A stretch of 61,270 nt of DNA. It comes from an uncultured Clostridium sp. (GTDB taxonomy: Bacteria; Bacillota; Clostridia; TANB77; CAG-508). The DNA is taken from positions 1 to 61,270 of the forward strand of contig CAOKHI010000004.1 in the NCBI GenBank assembly GCA_948468275.1, written 5' to 3'. Shown one piece after another: positions 46,000-56,680 of the stretch (positions within the stretch are counted from its first letter, which is position 1; each line of letters opens with the position of its first letter). The notes under the pieces were generated by a model. The model searched no databases. It saw only the letters and a program-made list of their open reading frames with translations, and was not told the origin of the DNA. Both the position numbers and the translations under genes were made by a program.

Positions 46000-46449
46000 G
46001 TGACTTTGTTCCTTGATACTTGATAAGAAAATTGTAATAAATATAGAGGCAGGGGCGAGTTACATAGGATATATGTGTTATTAGAATGCCAGTGTAAAAG
46101 CATCATATAATACATGCGTGAATGTATGGAAACTTGTTTATATATCATAAACACATAAACAGTAATTCCTGAGTTAGTAGTAAAATGGCAAATATTTGTG
46201 ATTATGAAAGACAGTATTTAACAAAAGAATACTGTCTTTAAAAATTATAATAATCTTTTAATAAATCTTCATAAATTTTATTTCTAGCATTTTCTGTATA
46301 TAAAAAATCAAATGACTTGATTCTAAAACCAAGAATTTGTTAAAACCGATAATCTTATAACCACAACAATATCCCATATTTTATATTATTGTTGTATAAA
46401 ATGGAATTTTATGGTATTATATTAATGTATTAAAAAAAAGGAGAAATAT

Positions 46450-47301
46450 ATGTTAGAAGTATTTATAGATACATTTATAGATAGTATAAAATTATTACCA
46501 TTTTTATTTATTGCATACTTAATAATGGAATATTTAGAACATAAAACAAGTGACAAATCTAAAGAATTAATTAAAAAATCTGGAAGATTTGGGCCAGTTT
46601 TAGGTGCAATATTAGGTATATTTCCACAATGTGGGTTTGGAGCAATGGCAGCAAATCTATATGCAGGAAGAATAATAACAATGGGAACTTTAATTGCAAT
46701 ATTCTTATCTACATCTGATGAAATGTTACCAATACTTATTTCAGAATCAGTTTCATTAGATATAATAATTAAAATATTAGCAATTAAATTAATAATAGGA
46801 ATTATTGCAGGAGCTATAATAGATGCTATTGCTTCTAAGCTAAAAAAACAAGTTGAAGAAAATAATGAAATTGCTAATATATGTAAACATGGGCATTGTC
46901 ATTGTGAAAATGGAAGTGTAGTAAAATCGGCATTAAAGCATACAGTAAATATATTTATATTTATAAGTATAGTTTCATTAATATTAAATATAGTTATTCA
47001 TTTTGTAGGAGAGGACAACCTATCTAATCTAATACTAAATAAACCAATACTAGGCCCAATAATATCTAGTTTAATAGGGTTAATACCAAATTGTGCATCA
47101 TCTGTTATAATTACAAAACTATATTTATCTGGAGTAATAAATATGGCAACAATGATATCAGGATTATTAGTCAATTCAGGAGTTGGAATTTTGGTGCTAT
47201 TTAAGGTAAATAAGAGAATAAAAGAAAATGCTAGTATTATTGTATTGTTATACACGATTGGTGTAATAGGTGGAATTATATTGCAATTTATGGGAATGTG
47301 A
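46450..47301 (+). CDS. Putative metal (manganese-type) transporter/permease
   Basis: PQCGF, STSDE, His/Cys-rich loop, PNCASS. Confidence 0.75.
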   Translation: MLEVFIDTFIDSIKLLPFLFIAYLIMEYLEHKTSDKSKELIKKSGRFGPVLGAILGIFPQCGFGAMAANLYAGRIITMGTLIAIFLSTSDEMLPILISESVSLDIIIKILAIKLIIGIIAGAIIDAIASKLKKQVEENNEIANICKHGHCHCENGSVVKSALKHTVNIFIFISIVSLILNIVIHFVGEDNLSNLILNKPILGPIISSLIGLIPNCASSVIITKLYLSGVINMATMISGLLVNSGVGILVLFKVNKRIKENASIIVLLYTIGVIGGIILQFMGM

Positions 47302-47502
47302 AATATTATTGATTTACTGACGAAGGATTAAAATTATGTGGTTTTAGTGAAAAAGAGATATTAAAAATTAGAGTAAAATAAGAGTGGATAATTTAAAAGT
47401 AAGTAATGAAGAAGTAAAACAAGAAGTATTAGAATGTATGAAAGTATTAAATTTAATTGTAGAAGGACGATTGTTAATCGCCCTTCTTTTTAAGTATAAA
47501 GC

Positions 47503-48235
47503 TTATATATCTAAAATCTGCTTTACACGTAGTACATCTTCATTTGTAGCATCAGGCACGTCATTTAATTCGTATTTTAATCCTAAATTTTCCCATTTAT
47601 ATTTTCCTAAACTGTGATATGGTAAAATTTCTACTTTTCTTACAGTATTTAGTGAAGATATAAAATCCTTTAATTTAAGTAAATCATCTTCATCATCTGT
47701 AATTCCAGGAATTAATACTTGCCTTATCCACATAGGTTTATTATTAGTACTTAAAAATCTAGCAAAATCTAATTCTTTTTCATTAGAAAAGCCTACTAAA
47801 TTTTTACATTTTTCAGAATTTATATGTTTTATATCTAATAAAAATAAATCAGTTAAAGTAATAAGTTCTTTTATTTGATTTGTTATAGTTACCATACCTG
47901 ATGTATCTATTGCAGTATGTATGTTTTTTTGTTTTAGTATTTTAAATAATGAAACTAAAAAACTACTTTGCAATAGTGGTTCTCCACCAGAAATAGTAAC
48001 ACCACCATTAGATGATGTAAAATAATTAGAGTATTTTTCAATATCCTTTACAAGTTCATCTAAAGTTATAATTTTTCCAGAATTTATATCCCAGGTATCT
48101 CTATTATGGCAATATTTACATTTTAAATTACATCCACCGCATAAATACAACAAATCTAATTCCAGGACCATCTACAGTACCAAATGTTTCTATTGAATGT
48201 ATTTTTGCCATAGTATTTTTATCAAAATTTTCCAT
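47503..48235 (-). CDS. pflA: Pyruvate formate-lyase activating enzyme, 243 aa if the C at 48139 is skipped
   Basis: IHSIETFGTVDGPGIRFVVFM then CNLKCKYCHN in +1 frame; SGGEPLLQ; LPYH. Confidence 0.95.
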
Positions 48236-48324
48236 AAATTACTCCTAATATAGTTGTAGGGGCGATTATTAATTATCTGCTCGTAGAAGCATTGACAAAT
48301 AATAATTGTCCCTATTAATATTTA

Positions 48325-50559
48325 CTAAATTTTATTTTGTATTGTTCTATTAATAACATCTAATTGTTGTTCACGTGTTAATTTTATAAAATTAACAGCA
48401 TACCCAGAAACACGTATTGTAAGCTGAGGATAATTTTCAGGATGTTCCATTGCGTCTTCAAGTAATTTTCTATCAAATACATTAACATTTATATGATGAC
48501 CTGTGCTAATAAAATATCCATCTAACATATTCACTAAATTAGAAATTCTTATATTATCATCTTTTCCAAGAGCAGAAGGAGCAATAGCAAATGTATAAGA
48601 TATTCCATCTTCTGAGTATTCATAAGGAAGTTTAGAAATAGTGTTTAATACTGCAAGAGAACCATTAGTATCTCTTCCATGTAGTGGGTTTGCACCAGGT
48701 CCAAAAGGTTCACCAGCAAGTCTTCCATCAGGAGTATTACCTGTTGCTTTTCCATAAACTACATTTGATGTAATTGTTAATATAGATAGTGTATGTTTAG
48801 AATTTCTATAAGTATGATACTTTTGTAATTTAGTTAAAAATGTTTTAACTAAATAAGTAGCAATATTATCAACTCTATCATCATCATTTCCGTATTTTGG
48901 GAACTCACCTTCTACTTTATAATCAATAACAAGTCCTGTATCATCTCTAATTGTTTTTACTTTTGCATATTTTATTGCAGATAAAGAATCTGCTACAACA
49001 GAGATTCCAGCTATTCCACAAGCCATTGTTCTTAAAATATCTTTATCATGTAAAGCCATTTCTAATGCTTCATATGAATACTTGTCATGCATATAATGAA
49101 TTGCATTTAAAGCTTTTATATATATTTTTGCAACATAGTCCATCATAACATCAAATTTTGCCATAACTTCGTCATAGTTTAAATATTCAGAAGTAATAGG
49201 TTCAAATCTTGTAGTTATTTGTTTTCCAGAGATTTCATCTCTACCACCATTTATTGCATATAATAATGTTTTAGCAAGATTTGCACGTGCACCAAAGAAT
49301 TGCATTTGTTTACCTATCTTCATAGCAGAAACACAACAAGCAATACCATAGTCGTCACCTAAAGTTATTCTCATTAAATCATCATTTTCATATTGAATAG
49401 ATGATGTTTTTATAGAAAGGTCACAAGTAAATTTTTTAAATCCATCAGGTAGATTTTTTGACCATAATACAGTTAAATTTGGTTCAGGGGCAGGACCTAA
49501 AGTATTTAGTGTATGAAGTACTCTAAAAGAGTTTTTAGTAACTAAAGTTCTTCCATCAATTCCCATACCACCAATAGATTCTGTAACCCAAACAGGATCA
49601 CCACTAAATAGTTCATTGTATTCTGGAGTTCTTAAAAATCTTACTAAACGTAATTTCATAACAAAATGATCCATTAATTCTTGAGCTTCTGTTTCAGATA
49701 TAACACCATTTTTTAAATCTCTTTCAAAGTAAATATCCAAGAAAGTAGAGGTTCTACCAATACTCATAGCAGCACCATTTTGATCCTTTATTGCACCTAA
49801 ATATGCAAAATACAACCATTGTACAGCTTCTTGTGCAGAAGATGCAGGTTTAGAAATATCATAACCATATTTTAAAGCCATTTTTTTCAAATCTTCTAAA
49901 GCCACAATCTGATCATGTATTTCTTCACGTTGTCTTATAATATCTTCTGTAAATTCATCTACATTTAATATTTCTAATTCGTATTTTTTTTCTGAAATTA
50001 AGACATCAACACCATAAAGTGCAACTCTTCTATAATCACCAATTATTCTTCCACGACCATATCCATCAGGAAGTCCTGTAATTAAATGAGAACTTCTAGC
50101 AGCTCTAATATCTGGTGAATATACACTAAATACACCATCATTATGAGTTTTTCTATATGTGTTATAAATTTTATCTGTTTCAGGGTCTACTTCTAGTCCA
50201 TATGCTACACAAGATTTTTCTACTATTTTAATACCACCATTTGGCATAATTGCTCTTTTTAAAGGGGCATCAGTTTGAAGACCAACTATTTTTTCAAGGT
50301 TTTTATTTATATATCCAGCATCATATGCATTAACAGCAGAAGGAGTTTTAGTGTCAGCATCTAAAACACCACCATTTTCTCTTTCTTTTTTATATAAGTC
50401 TAAAACTATATCCCATAGTTTTTTTGTACTATCAGTTGCTTGAGATAAAAAGCTTGCATCACCTTCATATGGAGTATAATTAGCCATTATAAATCCTCTA
50501 ACATCTATTTCATTTTTCCATTCTCCTTTTTTAAAACCATCCCATTGTTTAAAATCCAT
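48325..50559 (-). CDS. pflB: Pyruvate formate-lyase
   Basis: IACCVS, RVSGYAV glycyl radical motif. Confidence 0.98.
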   Translation of the reverse strand: MDFKQWDGFKKGEWKNEIDVRGFIMANYTPYEGDASFLSQATDSTKKLWDIVLDLYKKERENGGVLDADTKTPSAVNAYDAGYINKNLEKIVGLQTDAPLKRAIMPNGGIKIVEKSCVAYGLEVDPETDKIYNTYRKTHNDGVFSVYSPDIRAARSSHLITGLPDGYGRGRIIGDYRRVALYGVDVLISEKKYELEILNVDEFTEDIIRQREEIHDQIVALEDLKKMALKYGYDISKPASSAQEAVQWLYFAYLGAIKDQNGAAMSIGRTSTFLDIYFERDLKNGVISETEAQELMDHFVMKLRLVRFLRTPEYNELFSGDPVWVTESIGGMGIDGRTLVTKNSFRVLHTLNTLGPAPEPNLTVLWSKNLPDGFKKFTCDLSIKTSSIQYENDDLMRITLGDDYGIACCVSAMKIGKQMQFFGARANLAKTLLYAINGGRDEISGKQITTRFEPITSEYLNYDEVMAKFDVMMDYVAKIYIKALNAIHYMHDKYSYEALEMALHDKDILRTMACGIAGISVVADSLSAIKYAKVKTIRDDTGLVIDYKVEGEFPKYGNDDDRVDNIATYLVKTFLTKLQKYHTYRNSKHTLSILTITSNVVYGKATGNTPDGRLAGEPFGPGANPLHGRDTNGSLAVLNTISKLPYEYSEDGISYTFAIAPSALGKDDNIRISNLVNMLDGYFISTGHHINVNVFDRKLLEDAMEHPENYPQLTIRVSGYAVNFIKLTREQQLDVINRTIQNKI

Positions 50560-50745
50560 ATTGTACCTCCTATATAATAATATTTAAAAATCATATTTAA
50601 TGACAACTATTTTGTTGCCACTATTAATAATACCATAAGGTAGCGACTATATCAATAAAAAACAACAAAAAGTTACAAAAAAGACACTGTAAAATATTAA
50701 CAAAAAAAGAAATAATTCATATTATAAGATAGGAGGATAATAGAA

Positions 50746-51099
50746 ATGGAGAATTTTATAATAAGCGCAACAGTATGGACACTTGCTCTATATGGATTAT
50801 TTGAAATTATAAAAACAGTTATATACATATGTTCATATACGAACTTAAAATCAGATGGAATATATATGATAATAGCAGTAAAAAATCAAGAAGGAAAGGT
50901 AGAAGGATTTTTACGTTCAATATTATTTAGGTTTTTATATGGAAAAGAAGAATATATAAAAGATATAATAGTAACAGATTTAGATTCAAGTGATAATACG
51001 ATGAAAATATTAGAAAAATTACAAAGAGATTATAAGTGCATAAAAGTAGCTAATTGGAGGGAATGTAAGGAAGTTATTGATAACATAGATATAAATTAA
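50746..51099 (+). CDS. Small membrane-anchored GT2-like conserved protein
   Basis: IIAVKNQE...D.DSSDNT.KIL pattern. Confidence 0.55.
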   Translation: MENFIISATVWTLALYGLFEIIKTVIYICSYTNLKSDGIYMIIAVKNQEGKVEGFLRSILFRFLYGKEEYIKDIIVTDLDSSDNTMKILEKLQRDYKCIKVANWRECKEVIDNIDIN

Positions 51100-51172
51100 A
51101 AAGAAATATTTAAGTAAAAAATAATGAGGGAGAGTTTTTATTAGATTCTTCCTATATTTTATTTAAAAAAGT

Positions 51173-51353
51173 GTTACTATTCACAGACAATAGCAGTAAG
51201 TAGCGAAGACTAAGTAATATATTTTATTTTGTAATGAAGACCCGACAGCCCATTGAGGCGGGGGAATACCCGTGAGCTTGGAGGGCGAAATGAAAAAATA
51301 AAATATATTACTTAGCCGTAGCGGATTTTATTATATATGCTGTGGACTGTAAT
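51173..51353 (+). mobile_element. 181-bp MITE, copy 2
   Basis: Near-identical to copy 1; flanks AAAAAAGT/AAAAAAGC. Confidence 0.88.
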
Positions 51354-51462
51354 AAAAAAGCAGGATTTTAGTATGAAATTAAAAAAAATCATTGAAAATA
51401 TATGAATTAATATATATAATATAGAAAAAAAGTAGTGAATATTAAAATTAGGGGGAATAAGT

Positions 51463-51927
51463 ATGAAGAATCAAAAAGGTATAACATTGGTTATGTTAGC
51501 TGTTACTATTGTGATTATGGCAATACTTGCAGGAGTGACAGTTAATGTTGGAAGCGATATAATAAAACAAGCAAAAATACAAACACTTAATACTAATATG
51601 CTACTTTTACAAGCGAAAGTAAAAACTATTTCAGAAGAAGCAAGTTTTAATAAAAACACAGACAATTATAAAGGAAGCAAAGTAAGTGAAATAACTTCAA
51701 ATGAAAAAATAAATAATTTAAAAGAAAAAGGAGTAATAGAAAACCCAGAACAGTGTTATCTATTATCAAAAGACGATTTAAACGCATTAGGACTTGAAAA
51801 AGTGGATATACATGATGGATATATTGTAAATTATGAAACAGAAGAAATTATATATGTAAGAGGAATAAAATTAGGGAATCAAACATTTTATAAATTATCT
51901 GAAACACAAAGTTTAACAGTTGAATAA
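51463..51927 (+). CDS. Type IV pilin-like protein
   Basis: QKGITLVMLAVTIVIMAILAG prepilin motif. Confidence 0.85.
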   Translation: MKNQKGITLVMLAVTIVIMAILAGVTVNVGSDIIKQAKIQTLNTNMLLLQAKVKTISEEASFNKNTDNYKGSKVSEITSNEKINNLKEKGVIENPEQCYLLSKDDLNALGLEKVDIHDGYIVNYETEEIIYVRGIKLGNQTFYKLSETQSLTVE

Positions 51928-51977
51928 TATAAAAAAATGCGATTTTTGGATAAATCTAGAAAGGAATAGAAGTTATA

Positions 51978-52610
51978 GTGCGAGAAAAAGAAATAGAAAG
52001 ATTAAAAAATCTAAAACAAATAGAAAATGAAATTTACGAAAAAGACAAAAATATAAATTATATATGTGGAATAGATGAAGCAGGTAGAGGACCACTTGCA
52101 GGGCCAGTAGTAGTAGCAAGTGTAATACTACCAAAAGATTCGATGATAGAGGGAGTAAATGATTCTAAAAAAGTTTCAGAGAAAAAAAGAGAGATTGTAT
52201 ATGAACAAATTATTAATGAAGCAATAAGCTATTCAGTTGGAATAATAGATCATGAAGAAATAGACAAAATAAATATATTAAATGCAACAAAGCAAGGATT
52301 AACAACATCAATTAGACAACTAAGTATAAAACCAGATTTAATTTTAGTAGATGCATTACAACACATAGATACATTATCAATACCATACACATCAATAATA
52401 AAAGGAGATGCGAAAAGTTACTCGATAGCAGCAGCTTCAATAATAGCTAAAGTAACAAGGGATAGAATAATGAGGCAGTTTGACGAAATATATCCTATGT
52501 ATGGTTTTGAAAAACATAAAGGATATGGAACAGCAGCACATATTGCAGCAATAAAAGAACATGGGATATGTGCTATACATAGAAAAAGCTTTGTTAAAAA
52601 TTATATATAA
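51978..52610 (+). CDS. rnhB: Ribonuclease HII
   Basis: GIDEAGRGPLAGPV, DSKK, AAASIIAKVTRD, HKGYGT. Confidence 0.98.
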   Translation: MREKEIERLKNLKQIENEIYEKDKNINYICGIDEAGRGPLAGPVVVASVILPKDSMIEGVNDSKKVSEKKREIVYEQIINEAISYSVGIIDHEEIDKINILNATKQGLTTSIRQLSIKPDLILVDALQHIDTLSIPYTSIIKGDAKSYSIAAASIIAKVTRDRIMRQFDEIYPMYGFEKHKGYGTAAHIAAIKEHGICAIHRKSFVKNYI

Positions 52611-52624
52611 AAGGATGGTTAAAA

Positions 52625-53929
52625 GTGAATATAATAGAAATTATAGCTAAAAAAAGAGATAAAAAAGAGTTAACAAAAAATGAGATAGAATATTTTATTA
52701 AAGAATATACAGCAAATAATATTACAGATTATCAAGCAGCAGCATTAATTATGGCAATATATATAAATGGGATGACAAATGAAGAAATTACAAATTTAAC
52801 AATTGCTATGGCAAACTCAGGCCAGAGTTTAGATTTATCTATGTTTGGTAAAAATGTTGTAGATAAACATTCAACAGGAGGAGTTGGAGATAAAATTACA
52901 TTAATTCTAATGCCAATAATTGCATCTTGCGGAATTCCAGTTGCTAAAATGTCTGGAAGAGGACTTGGATTTACAGGAGGAACAATAGATAAACTAGAAT
53001 CAATTCCAGGATATAATACGAATATAGATATACAAGAATTTATAGAAAATGTACAAAACATAGGAATAAGTTTGATTGGTCAAACAATGAACTTAGCACC
53101 AGCAGATAAAAAAATATATGCACTAAGAGATACAATAGCATGTACTCAAAGTATTCCACTAATAGCATCAAGCATAATGAGCAAAAAAATAGCAGCAGGA
53201 GCAAATAAAATAGTATTAGATGTAACATGTGGAAGTGGAGCATTTATGAAAAATATACAAGATGCCAAAATACTAGCAAAAACAATGAAACAAATAGGAG
53301 AATTAGCAAATAAAGAAACTGTATGTGTAATAACAAACATGGATGAACCTATTGGATATGCAGTAGGTAACAACTTAGAAGTAATAGAAGCAATAAATGC
53401 ATTAAATGCAGATATGCCAGAAGATGTAAAACAAGTAGTATTAGAATTAGGAGCACAAATGTTAAAACTTGCAGGGATTTGTGATAATATAGAAGAAAAC
53501 AAAAAAATCATAATCAAAAAAATAGAAAATAAAGAAGCATATAATAAATTTAAGCAATTAATACAAAATCAAGGCGGGGATGTATCATACATAGAAAATA
53601 CAGCAAAATTTGAAAAAGCAAGATATATAATACCAGTAAAATCAGATAAAACAGGATACATAAAAGCACTTAATGCACAAAAAGTAGGAGAAATTGCAGG
53701 AAAATTAGGGGCAGGAAGAGTAAAAAAAGAAGATGCAATAGATGCAACAGTAGGAATAGTGCTTTGCAAAAAGACTTCAAACAAAGTACAAACAGGAGAT
53801 ATACTTGCATATGTTCATGCAAACAATGAAGAAAAAGCATATAAGGCAGTAGAGGAATTAAAAGGTATATATGAAATAGTACAAGAGGAAGTAAAAGAGC
53901 AAGAAGTCATATTAGGGATAATTCAATAA
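52625..53929 (+). CDS. pdp: Pyrimidine-nucleoside phosphorylase
   Basis: DKHSTGGVGDK, KMSGRGLG, ASSIMSKK. Confidence 0.96.
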   Translation: MNIIEIIAKKRDKKELTKNEIEYFIKEYTANNITDYQAAALIMAIYINGMTNEEITNLTIAMANSGQSLDLSMFGKNVVDKHSTGGVGDKITLILMPIIASCGIPVAKMSGRGLGFTGGTIDKLESIPGYNTNIDIQEFIENVQNIGISLIGQTMNLAPADKKIYALRDTIACTQSIPLIASSIMSKKIAAGANKIVLDVTCGSGAFMKNIQDAKILAKTMKQIGELANKETVCVITNMDEPIGYAVGNNLEVIEAINALNADMPEDVKQVVLELGAQMLKLAGICDNIEENKKIIIKKIENKEAYNKFKQLIQNQGGDVSYIENTAKFEKARYIIPVKSDKTGYIKALNAQKVGEIAGKLGAGRVKKEDAIDATVGIVLCKKTSNKVQTGDILAYVHANNEEKAYKAVEELKGIYEIVQEEVKEQEVILGIIQ

Positions 53930-54011
53930 TAAAAATTATATTAGTATAACTAATTTATAATAAAAATGGATAATATAAACAAAGAAAAGATGTGCAAAAA
54001 TGCATATCTTG

Positions 54012-54192
54012 GTTACAATTCACAGACAATAGCAGTAAGTAGCGAAGACTAAGTAATATATTTTATTTTGTAATGAAGACCCGACAGCCCATTGAGGCGG
54101 GGGAATACCCGTGAGCTTGGAGGGCGAAATGAAAAAATAAAATATATTACTTAGCCATAGCGGATTTTATTATATATGCTGTGAACTGTAAC
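54012..54192 (+). mobile_element. 181-bp MITE, copy 3, inserted in a terminator arm
   Basis: Flanks ATATCTTG/ATATCTTT; uninterrupted sister hairpin at 54883-54912. Confidence 0.9.
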
Positions 54193-54324
54193 ATATCTTT
54201 TTAATTGCATTGAAAGATTTAAAAATTATATAGATTTTTTATGGAAGATGGAGTATAATGTGGGTGTATAAAGATAAAAATCATTTTAAAATTGCAAAAT
54301 AAGAGAATAGGAGAGTGATAATAA

Positions 54325-54600
54325 ATGACATATGAATTTGCTAAATATCCTGATGGTACATTAGGAGTATTTTCTAGTATTGGAAAAAAGGAAAATGGTG
54401 AAGAATATATTAATATTACTTTTGAAAGAGCGATGGAGTATGGATTTGATACTTATGTTATTGAATTACCAAGTTATAAGATAGTTTTAGAAGAAGGTTC
54501 TTACTCAGATGAAGAAAAGAAAACATTTTTAGAAATCGTAAAAAATGGTGCATCGTTCTTTTTTAAATATGCACGATTAGGGGGATTAGAAATTGCCTAG
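54325..54600 (+). CDS. Small hypothetical protein, probable partner of the overlapping DUF4160-like gene
   Basis: RBS AGGAGAG; overlaps the TTG start of the next gene. Confidence 0.65.
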   Translation: MTYEFAKYPDGTLGVFSSIGKKENGEEYINITFERAMEYGFDTYVIELPSYKIVLEEGSYSDEEKKTFLEIVKNGASFFFKYARLGGLEIA

Positions 54601-54869
54601 TATTTTTGAATTAAAACGGATATAAAATATATTTTTGGACAAATGAAAATGATGAACCTATTCATGTTCATATATCAAAGGGGAATCCGATACCTAATGC
54701 CACTAAAGTTTGGATAACTCAATCAGGAGGGTGCATTCTTTGCCATAATAAAAGCAAAATACCTGAAAAGGAATTAAATATTATATGTGAAGATATTTCT
54801 TTACATTATTTTCAGATTGTTGAAAAATGGAAAGTAATTCATTCTGGAAATATAAAATTTTATTGTTAA
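54593..54869 (+). CDS. DUF4160-like protein, 91 aa if the C at 54617 is skipped; absent from the ORF track
   Basis: MPSIFELK-GYKIYFWTNENDEPIHVHI...ATKVWI. Confidence 0.8.
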
Positions 54870-54979
54870 ATTTAAATAACAAAAAAGATGTGCAAAAATG
54901 CATATCTTTTTTGTCAAATATCAACATATTAAAGATTAAAGTTATAAATCCAATAGAATTTATTATGGAGGTGATTTAA

Positions 54980-55180
54980 ATGGCAGTAACCATAAGGGAA
55001 TTAGAAAAAATAAGAAGAGAAGGTCTTAAAGCCTTAAAAGATAAATTAGGCGTTGAAGGTATGATAAAATTCATACAAATGTATAGTGATGGAAAAGGAA
55101 ACTATACTAAGGAAAAGTATGAAAATCCTGAAGAATTAACAATAGAATATTTTGAAAAATTTTTAGAAGAAAACAACTAA
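54980..55180 (+). CDS. Small hypothetical protein, antitoxin-like
   Basis: GGAGG RBS; GLKALKDKLG...FI..Y..G.GNYT pattern. Confidence 0.6.
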   Translation: MAVTIRELEKIRREGLKALKDKLGVEGMIKFIQMYSDGKGNYTKEKYENPEELTIEYFEKFLEENN

Positions 55181-55409
55181 TTAAATGTTAACTGCAACTT
55201 GTTTTGCGAATATAAATGCACAGGTGAACAAATGTGACTTATAACCTACTTACAACAAATAAATGCGTAAATGAACAAATAATAAAAGCTATTCCTAAAT
55301 GCAGGAGTAGTTTTTTATGTGTTTTATTGATTTTTTTCAATTGATATGCCAAAATGTAACACAACAAAATAAAGGTTATAGATAATGAAAACAAGAAAGT
55401 AGGTATGTT

Positions 55410-55454
55410 ATAAAAATTGCAGTATATGCAAGAGTTAGTGTAAAATTTAAGTAG
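55410..55454 (+). pseudogene. Remnant of a serine recombinase 5' end
   Basis: Reads IKIAVYARVS then stops; RBS-like AAAGTAGGT upstream. Confidence 0.55.
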
Positions 55455-55501
55455 GCAAAAAAGAATAAACTAGCACTATATTGTATAGAAGAGGATAAAG
55501 T

Positions 55502-55682
55502 GTTAATATTCACAGACAATAGCAGTAAGTAGCGAAGACTAAGTAATATATTTTATTTTGTAATGAAGACCCGACAGCCCATTGAGGCGGGGGAATACCC
55601 GTGAGCTTGGAGGGCGAAATGAAAAAATAAAATATATTACTTAGCCGTAGCGGATTTTATTATATATGCTGTGAACTGTAAC
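55502..55682 (+). mobile_element. 181-bp MITE, copy 4
   Basis: Exact 8-bp duplication GATAAAGT. Confidence 0.9.
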
Positions 55683-55859
55683 GATAAAGTATGATAAAAA
55701 CAAAAAATTATTTAAAAGATATTGACAAAATAAAAAAATGAGATATAATAATTACGAACAAAAATTCTACAAACTGAAATTTGGATTGGAGGATTTTTTA
55801 TATAAATATTACAAAAATAAAGAAATAAGTAACAATCTCATTATAAAAATGGAGGTCTT

Positions 55860-56669
55860 ATGAAAGAAAGAATAGATAATTTGCTGGTAAAAAAAGGATT
55901 TTTTGAAAGTAGGCAAAAAGCAAAATATGAAATAGAAAAATCTAATATATATGTAAATGGAACATTAGTAAATAAGTCAAGCAAAATGTATGAAGAAACA
56001 GTAGATATAAAAATTAAAAATCCTGTACTTGCTTTTGTGAGTAAAGGAGGATTAAAATTAGATAAAGCAGTAAAAGTATTTAATATAGATTTACAAAACA
56101 GGATTTGTATAGATATAGGAGCATCAACAGGAGGATTTACAGATTGCATGTTGCAAAATGGTGCAGATAAAGTATATTCCATAGATGTAGGGCATGGACA
56201 ATTAGATAAAAAATTATTAAAAAATGGTAAAGTAATAAACATAGAAGGGAAAAACATTAGAGATATAGATATAAATGAATTTGAAAAGGTGGATTTTATA
56301 TCAATAGATGTATCTTTTATATCTCTTACATTAGTATTAGATAAAGCATATGAATTATTAAAACAAAATGGAGAAATAGTAATATTAATAAAACCACAAT
56401 TTGAAGCGGGAAAAGAATATGTAAATAAAAATGGTGTAGTAAAAGATAAGAAAGTGCATGCAAAAATAATTGAAAAAATACTATTATGTGCAAATAGTAT
56501 AAAATTTAATATATTGCAAATGGACTTTTCGCCAATAAAGGGACCATCAGGAAATATAGAATATATTGTTTACATGAAAAAAGAAAAAGAGCAAAATAAA
56601 TTAGATTTATTTAATTTAAGGAAACAAATACAAAATATTATAGAAAAAGCATTTAAAGAATTAAAATAG
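55860..56669 (+). CDS. tlyA: TlyA-family rRNA methyltransferase
   Basis: FVSKGGLKL, DIGASTGGFTD, DVSFISL, IKPQFE. Confidence 0.95.
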   Translation: MKERIDNLLVKKGFFESRQKAKYEIEKSNIYVNGTLVNKSSKMYEETVDIKIKNPVLAFVSKGGLKLDKAVKVFNIDLQNRICIDIGASTGGFTDCMLQNGADKVYSIDVGHGQLDKKLLKNGKVINIEGKNIRDIDINEFEKVDFISIDVSFISLTLVLDKAYELLKQNGEIVILIKPQFEAGKEYVNKNGVVKDKKVHAKIIEKILLCANSIKFNILQMDFSPIKGPSGNIEYIVYMKKEKEQNKLDLFNLRKQIQNIIEKAFKELK

Positions 56670-56680
56670 GGAGATAAATT

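Noticed and set aside
41237-46025. Complete DGR cassette in the window
   Set aside because: No reverse transcriptase, and no template repeat matching any of the three lectin-fold 3' ends was seen.
47384-47617. 77-aa plus-strand ORF overlapping pflA
   Set aside because: Antisense overlap with a conserved gene and no recognisable motif.
54012-55682. Composite transposon formed by MITE copies 3 and 4 around the TA-like genes
   Set aside because: Each copy has its own distinct 8-bp duplication, so they are independent insertions.
22466-55682. MITE copies as a CRISPR array, tRNA or riboswitch
   Set aside because: They are dispersed, have no spacers or cloverleaf, and are bounded by TIRs and target duplications.
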